In this document: positions 37,401-46,400 of the stretch, in pieces
Layout: each line of letters starts with the position of its first letter
How positions within the stretch are numbered: position 1 is the first letter of the stretch
Source of the DNA: Lytechinus pictus
Taxonomy: Eukaryota
Direction: 5' to 3'
DNA: 64,000 bases
NCBI RefSeq assembly: GCF_037042905.1
Contig: NC_087250.1
Coordinates: 25,298,001-25,362,000 of the forward strand
Made by a program: the position numbers and the translations under genes
Notes under the pieces: generated by a model
Told to the model about the DNA's origin: nothing
Databases searched by the model: none
Seen by the model: the letters and a program-made list of their open reading frames with translations, nothing else

Positions 37401-40400
37401 TTAGTTCCTAAACGTACACCGCTCGTCAATGCTTTATTCAAACAGAGGGCTTGCATTGAAAACATTTTTAGGTAAGCAAAGCGCCCTTAGTTCCTAAACG
37501 TACACCACTCGTCAATGCTTTATTCAAACAGAGGGCTTGCATTGAAAATATTTTTAGGTAAGCAAAGCACCCTTTGTTCCTAAACGTACACCACTTGTCA
37601 ATGCTTTATTCAAACAGAGGGCTTGCATTGAAAACATTTTTAGGTAAGCAAAGCACCCTTAGTTCCTAAACGTACACCACTCGTCAATGCTTCATTCAAA
37701 CAGAGGGCTTGCATTGAAAACATTTTTAGGTAAGCAAAGCACCCTTGGTTCCTAGTGGTACACCACTCGTCAATGCTTTATTCAAACAGAGGGCTTGCAT
37801 TGAAAACATTTTTAGGTAAGCAAAGCGCCCTTGGTTCCTAATGGTACACCGCTCGTCAATGCTTTATTCAAACAGAGGGCTTGCATTGAAAACATTTTTA
37901 GGTAAGCAAAGCACCCTTAGTTCCTAAACGTACACCGCTCGTCAATGCTTTATTCAAACAGAGGGCTTGCATTGAAAACATTTTTAGGTAAGCAAAGCAC
38001 CCTTAGTTCCTAAACGTACACCACTCGTCAATGCTTCATTCAAACAGAGGGCTTGCATTGAAAATATTTTTAGGTAAGCAAAGCACCCTTAGTTCCTAGT
38101 GGTACACCGCTCGTCAATGCTTCATTCAAACAGAGGGCTTGCATTGAAAACATTTTTAGGTAAGCAAAGCACCCTTGGTTCCTAGTGGTACACCACTCGT
38201 CAATGCTTTATTCAAACAGAGGGCTTGCATTGAAAACATTTTTAGGTAAGCAAAGCGCCCTTGGTTCCTAATGGTACACCGCTCGTCAATGCTTTATTCA
38301 AACAGAGGGCTTGCATTGAAAACATTTTTAGGTAAGCAAAGCACCCTTAGTTCCTAAACGTACACCGCTCGTCAATGCTTTATTCAAACAGAGGGCTTGC
38401 ATTGAAAACATTTTTAGGTAAGCAAAGCACCCTTAGTTCCTAAACGTACACCACTCGTCAATGCTTCATTCAAACAGAGGGCTTGCATTGAAAATATTTT
38501 TAGGTAAGCAAAGCACCCTTAGTTCCTAGTGGTACACCGCTCGTCAATGCTTCATTCAAACAGAGGGCTTGCATTGAAAACATTTTTAGGTAAGCAAAGC
38601 ACCCTTAGTTCCTAGTGGTACACCGCTCGTCAATGCTTTATTCAAACAGAGGGCTTGCATTGAAAACATTTTTAGGTAAGCAAAGCACCCTTAGTTCCTA
38701 GTGGTACACCGCTCGTCAATGCTTTATTCAAACAGAGGGCTTGCATTGAAAACATTTTTAGGTAAGCAAAGCACCCTTAGTTCCTAGTGGTACACCGCTC
38801 GTCAATGCTTTATTCAAACAGAGGGCTTGCATTGAAAACATTTTTAGGTAAGCAAAGCACCCTTAGTTCCTAGTGGTACACCGCTCGTCAATGCTTTATT
38901 CAAACAGAGGGCTTGCATTGAAAACATTTTTAGGTAAGCAAAGCACCCTTAGTTCCTAAACGTACACCACTCGTCAATGCTTCATTCAAACAGAGGGCTT
39001 GCATTGAAAATAATTTTAGGTAAGCAAAGCACCCTTAGTTCCTAAACGTACACCGCTCGTCAATGCTTCATTCAAACAGAGGGCTTGCATTGAAAACATT
39101 TTTAGGTAAGCAAAGCACCCTTAGTTCCTAGTGGTACACCGCTCGTCAATGCTTCATTCAAACAGAGGGCTTGCATTGAAAACATTTTTAGGTAAGCAAA
39201 GAACCCTTAGTTCCTAGTGGTACACCGCTCGTCAATGCTTTATTCAAACAGAGGGCTTGCATTGAAAACATTTTTAGGTAAGCAAAGCACCCTTAGTTCC
39301 TAGTGGTACACCGCTCGTCAATGCTTTATTCAAACAGAGGGCTTGCATTGAAAACATTTTTAGGTAAGCAAAGCACCCTTAGTTCCTAGTGGTACACCGC
39401 TCGTCAATGCTTTATTCAAACAGAGGGCTTGCATTGAAAACATTTTTAGGTAAGCAAAGCACCCTTAGTTCCTAGTGGTACACCGCTCGTCAATGCTTTA
39501 TTCAAACAGAGGGCTTGCATTGAAAACATTTTTAGGTAAGCAAAACACCCTTAGTTCCTAAACGTACACCACTCGTCAATGCTTCATTCAAACAGGGGGC
39601 TTGCATTGAAAATAATTTTAGGTAAGCAAAGCACCCTTAGTTCCTAAACGTACACCACTCGTCAATGCTTCATTCAAACAGAGGGCTTGCATTGAAAATA
39701 ATTTTAGGTAAGCAAAGCACCCTTAGTTCCTAGTGGTACACCGCTCGTCAATGCTTTATTCAAACAGAGGGCTTGCATTGAAAACATTTTTAGGTAAGCA
39801 AAGCGCCCTTAGTTCCTAAACGTACACCACTCGTCAATGCTTCATTCAAACAGAGGGCTTGCATTGAAAATAATTTTAGGTAAGCAAAGCACCCTTAGTT
39901 CCTAGTGGTACACCGCTCGTCAATGCTTTATTCAAACAGAGGGCTTGCATTGAAAACATTTTTAGGTAAGCAAAGCACCCTTAGTTCCTAGTGGTACACC
40001 GCTCGTCAATGCTTTATTCAAACAGAGGGCTTGCATTGAAAACATTTTTAGGTAAGCAAAGCACCCTTAGTTCCTAGTGGTACACCGCTCGTCAATGCTT
40101 TATTCAAACAGAGGGCTTGCATTGAAAACATTTTTAGGTAAGCAAAGCGCCCTTAGTTCCTAAACGTACACCGCTCGTCAATGCTTTATTCAAACAGAGG
40201 GCTTGCATTGAAAACATTTTTAGGTAAGCAAAGCGCCCTTAGTTCCTAAACGTACACCGCTCGTCAATGCTTTATTCAAACAGAGGGCTTGCATTGAAAA
40301 CATTTTTAGGTAAGCAAAGCGCCCTTAGTTCCTAAACGTACACCGCTCGTCAATGCTTTATTCAAACAGAGGGCTTGCATTGAAAACATTTTTAGGTAAG

Positions 40401-43400
40401 CAAAGCGCCCTTAGTTCCTAAACGTACACCGCTCGTCAATGCTTTATTCAAACAGAGGGCTTGCATTGAAAACATTTTTAGGTAAGCAAAGCGCCCTTAG
40501 TTCCTAAACGTACACCGCTCGTCAATGCTTTATTCAAACAGAGGGCTTGCATTGAAAACATTTTTAGGTAAGCAAAGCGCCCTTAGTTCCTAAACGTACA
40601 CCACTCGTCAATGCTTTATTCAAACAGAGGGCTTGCATTGAAAATATTTTTAGGTAAGCAAAGCACCCTTTGTTCCTAAACGTACACCACTTGTTAATGC
40701 TTTATTCAAACAGAGGGCTTGCATTGAAAACATTTTTAGGTAAGCAAAGCACCCTTAGTTCCTAAACGTACACCACTCGTCAATGCTTCATTCAAACAGA
40801 GGGCTTGCATTGAAAACATTTTTAGGTAAGCAAAGCACCCTTGGTTCCTAGTGGTACACCACTCGTCAATGCTTTATTCAAACAGAGGGCTTGCATTGAA
40901 AACATTTTTAGGTAAGCAAAGCGCCCTTGGTTCCTAATGGTACACCGCTCGTCAATGCTTTATTCAAACAGAGGGCTTGCATTGAAAACATTTTTAGGTA
41001 AGCAAAGCACCCTTAGTTCCTAAACGTACACCGCTCGTCAATGCTTTATTCAAACAGAGGGCTTGCATTGAAAACATTTTTAGGTAAGCAAAGCACCCTT
41101 AGTTCCTAAACGTACACCACTCGTCAATGCTTCATTCAAACAGAGGGCTTGCATTGAAAATATTTTTAGGTAAGCAAAGCACCCTTAGTTCCTAGTGGTA
41201 CACCGCTCGTCAATGCTTCATTCAAACAGAGGGCTTGCATTGAAAACATTTTTAGGTAAGCAAAGCACCCTTAGTTCCTAGTGGTACACCGCTCGTCAAT
41301 GCTTTATTCAAACAGAGGGCTTGCATTGAAAACATTTTTAGGTAAGCAAAGCACCCTTAGTTCCTAGTGGTACACCGCTCGTCAATGCTTTATTCAAACA
41401 GAGGGCTTGCATTGAAAACATTTTTAGGTAAGCAAAGCACCCTTAGTTCCTAGTGGTACACCGCTCGTCAATGCTTTATTCAAACAGAGGGCTTGCATTG
41501 AAAACATTTTTAGGTAAGCAAAGCACCCTTAGTTCCTAGTGGTACACCGCTCGTCAATGCTTTATTCAAACAGAGGGCTTGCATTGAAAACATTTTTAGG
41601 TAAGCAAAGCACCCTTAGTTCCTAGTGGTACACCGCTCGTCAATGCTTTATTCAAACAGAGGGCTTGCATTGAAAACATTTTTAGGTAAGCAAAACACCC
41701 TTAGTTCCTAAACGTACACCACTCGTCAATGCTTCATTCAAACAGGGGGCTTGCATTGAAAATAATTTTAGGTAAGCAAAGCACCCTTAGTTCCTAAACG
41801 TACACCACTCGTCAATGCTTCATTCAAACAGAGGGCTTGCATTGAAAATAATTTTAGGTAAGCAAAGCACCCTTAGTTCCTAGTGGTACACCGCTCGTCA
41901 ATGCTTTATTCAAACAGAGGGCTTGCATTGAAAACATTTTTAGGTAAGCAAAGCGCCCTTAGTTCCTAAACGTACACCACTCGTCAATGCTTCATTCAAA
42001 CAGAGGGCTTGCATTGAAAATAATTTTAGGTAAGCAAAGCACCCTTAGTTCCTAGTGGTACACCGCTCGTCAATGCTTTATTCAAACAGAGGGCTTGCAT
42101 TGAAAACATTTTTAGGTAAGCAAAGCACCCTTAGTTCCTAGTGGTACACCGCTCGTCAATGCTTTATTCAAACAGAGGGCTTGCATTGAAAACATTTTTA
42201 GGTAAGCAAAGCACCCTTAGTTCCTAGTGGTACACCGCTCGTCAATGCTTTATTCAAACAGAGGGCTTGCATTGAAAACATTTTTAGGTAAGCAAAGCGC
42301 CCTTAGTTCCTAAACGTACACCGCTCGTCAATGCTTTATTCAAACAGAGGGCTTGCATTGAAAACATTTTTAGGTAAGCAAAGCGCCCTTAGTTCCTAAA
42401 CGTACACCGCTCGTCAATGCTTTATTCAAACAGAGGGCTTGCATTGAAAACATTTTTAGGTAAGCAAAGCGCCCTTAGTTCCTAAACGTACACCGCTCGT
42501 CAATGCTTTATTCAAACAGAGGGCTTGCATTGAAAACATTTTTAGGTAAGCAAAGCGCCCTTAGTTCCTAAACGTACACCGCTCGTCAATGCTTTATTCA
42601 AACAGAGGGCTTGCATTGAAAACATTTTTAGGTAAGCAAAGCGCCCTTAGTTCCTAAACGTACACCGCTCGTCAATGCTTTATTCAAACAGAGGGCTTGC
42701 ATTGAAAACATTTTTAGGTAAGCAAAGCGCCCTTAGTTCCTAAACGTACACCACTCGTCAATGCTTTATTCAAACAGAGGGCTTGCATTGAAAATATTTT
42801 TAGGTAAGCAAAGCACCCTTTGTTCCTAAACGTACACCACTTGTTAATGCTTTATTCAAACAGAGGGCTTGCATTGAAAACATTTTTAGGTAAGCAAAGC
42901 ACCCTTAGTTCCTAAACGTACACCACTCGTCAATGCTTCATTCAAACAGAGGGCTTGCATTGAAAACATTTTTAGGTAAGCAAAGCACCCTTGGTTCCTA
43001 GTGGTACACCACTCGTCAATGCTTTATTCAAACAGAGGGCTTGCATTGAAAACATTTTTAGGTAAGCAAAGCGCCCTTGGTTCCTAATGGTACACCGCTC
43101 GTCAATGCTTTATTCAAACAGAGGGCTTGCATTGAAAACATTTTTAGGTAAGCAAAGCACCCTTAGTTCCTAAACGTACACCGCTCGTCAATGCTTTATT
43201 CAAACAGAGGGCTTGCATTGAAAACATTTTTAGGTAAGCAAAGCACCCTTAGTTCCTAAACGTACACCACTCGTCAATGCTTCATTCAAACAGAGGGCTT
43301 GCATTGAAAATATTTTTAGGTAAGCAAAGCACCCTTAGTTCCTAGTGGTACACCGCTCGTCAATGCTTCATTCAAACAGAGGGCTTGCATTGAAAACATT

Positions 43401-46400
43401 TTTAGGTAAGCAAAGCACCCTTAGTTCCTAGTGGTACACCGCTCGTCAATGCTTTATTCAAACAGAGGGCTTGCATTGAAAACATTTTTAGGTAAGCAAA
43501 GCACCCTTAGTTCCTAGTGGTACACCGCTCGTCAATGCTTTATTCAAACAGAGGGCTTGCATTGAAAACATTTTTAGGTAAGCAAAGCACCCTTAGTTCC
43601 TAGTGGTACACCGCTCGTCAATGCTTTATTCAAACAGAGGGCTTGCATTGAAAACATTTTTAGGTAAGCAAAGCACCCTTAGTTCCTAGTGGTACACCGC
43701 TCGTCAATGCTTTATTCAAACAGAGGGCTTGCATTGAAAACATTTTTAGGTAAGCAAAGCACCCTTAGTTCCTAAACGTACACCACTCGTCAATGCTTCA
43801 TTCAAACAGAGGGCTTGCATTGAAAATAATTTTAGGTAAGCAAAGCACCCTTAGTTCCTAAACGTACACCGCTCGTCAATGCTTCATTCAAACAGAGGGC
43901 TTGCATTGAAAACATTTTTAGGTAAGCAAAGCACCCTTAGTTCCTAGTGGTACACCGCTCGTCAATGCTTCATTCAAACAGAGGGCTTGCATTGAAAACA
44001 TTTTTAGGTAAGCAAAGCACCCTTAGTTCCTAGTGGTACACCGCTCGTCAATGCTTTATTCAAACAGAGGGCTTGCATTGAAAACATTTTTAGGTAAGCA
44101 AAGCACCCTTAGTTCCTAGTGGTACACCGCTCGTCAATGCTTTATTCAAACAGAGGGCTTGCATTGAAAACATTTTTAGGTAAGCAAAGCACCCTTAGTT
44201 CCTAGTGGTACACCGCTCGTCAATGCTTTATTCAAACAGAGGGCTTGCATTGAAAACATTTTTAGGTAAGCAAAGCACCCTTAGTTCCTAGTGGTACACC
44301 GCTCGTCAATGCTTTATTCAAACAGAGGGCTTGCATTGAAAACATTTTTAGGTAAGCAAAGCACCCTTAGTTCCTAAACGTACACCACTCGTCAATGCTT
44401 CATTCAAACAGAGGGCTTGCATTGAAAACATTTTTAGGTAAGCAAAGCACCCTTAGTTCCTAGTGGTACACCGCTCGTCAATGCTTTATTCAAACAGAGG
44501 GCTTGCATTGAAAACATTTTTAGGTAAGCAAAGCACCCTTAGTTCCTAAACGTACACCACTCGTCAATGCTTCATTCAAACAGAGGGCTTGCATTGAAAA
44601 TAATTTTAGGTAAGCAAAGCACCCTTAGTTCCTAAACGTACACCGCTCGTCAATGCTTCATTCAAACAGAGGGCTTGCATTGAAAACATTTTTAGGTAAG
44701 CAAAGCACCCTTAGTTCCTAGTGGTACACCGCTCGTCAATGCTTCATTCAAACAGAGGGCTTGCATTGAAAACATTTTTAGGTAAGCAAAGCACCCTTAG
44801 TTCCTAGTGGTACACCGCTCGTCAATGCTTTATTCAAACAGAGGGCTTGCATTGAAAACATTTTTAGGTAAGCAAAGCACCCTTAGTTCCTAGTGGTACA
44901 CCGCTCGTCAATGCTTTATTCAAACAGAGGGCTTGCATTGAAAACATTTTTAGGTAAGCAAAGCACCCTTAGTTCCTAGTGGTACACCGCTCGTCAATGC
45001 TTTATTCAAACAGAGGGCTTGCATTGAAAACATTTTTAGGTAAGCAAAGCACCCTTAGTTCCTAGTGGTACACCGCTCGTCAATGCTTTATTCAAACAGA
45101 GGGCTTGCATTGAAAACATTTTTAGGTAAGCAAAGCACCCTTAGTTCCTAAACGTACACCACTCGTCAATGCTTCATTCAAACAGAGGGCTTGCATTGAA
45201 AACATTTTTAGGTAAGCAAAGCACCCTTAGTTCCTAGTGGTACACCGCTCGTCAATGCTTTATTCAAACAGAGGGCTTGCATTGAAAACATTTTTAGGTA
45301 AGCAAAGCGCCCTTAGTTCCTAAACGTACACCGCTCGTCAATGCTTTATTCAAACAGAGGGCTTGCATTGAAAACATTTTTAGGTAAGCAAAGCGCCCTT
45401 AGTTCCTAAACGTACACCGCTCGTCAATGCTTTATTCAAACAGAGGGCTTGCATTGAAAACATTTTTAGGTAAGCAAAGCGCCCTTAGTTCCTAAACGTA
45501 CACCGCTCGTCAATGCTTTATTCAAACAGAGGGCTTGCATTGAAAACATTTTTAGGTAAGCAAAGCGCCCTTAGTTCCTAAACGTACACCGCTCGTCAAT
45601 GCTTTATTCAAACAGAGGGCTTGCATTGAAAACATTTTTAGGTAAGCAAAGCGCCCTTAGTTCCTAAACGTACACCGCTCGTCAATGCTTTATTCAAACA
45701 GAGGGCTTGCATTGAAAACATTTTTAGGTAAGCAAAGCGCCCTTAGTTCCTAAACGTACACCACTCGTCAATGCTTTATTCAAACAGAGGGCTTGCATTG
45801 AAAATATTTTTAGGTAAGCAAAGCACCCTTTGTTCCTAAACGTACACCACTTGTCAATGCTTTATTCAAACAGAGGGCTTGCATTGAACACATTTTTAGG
45901 TAAGCAAAGCACCCTTAGTTCCTAAACGTACACCACTCGTCAATGCTTCATTCAAACAGAGGGCTTGCATTGAAAATTATTTTAGGTAAGCAAAGCACCC
46001 TTAGTTCCTAAACGTACACCACTCGTCAATGCTTTATTCAAACAGAGGGCTTGCATTGAAAACATTTTTAGGTAAGCAAAGCACCCTTTGTTCCTAAACG
46101 TACACCACTTGTCAATGCTTTATTCAAACAGAGGGCTTGCATTGAAAATATTTTTAGGTAAGCAAAGCACCCTTTGTTCCTAAACGTACACCACTCGCCA
46201 ATGCTTCATTCAAACAGAGGGCTTGCATTGAAAACATTTTTAGGTAAGCAAAGCACCCTTAGTTCCTAAACGTACACCGCTCGTTAATGCTTTATTCAAA
46301 CAGAGGGCTTGCATTGAAAACATTTTTAGGTAAGCAAAGCGCCCTTAGTTCCTAAACGTACACCACTCGTCAATGCTTCATTCAAACAGAGGTCTTGCAT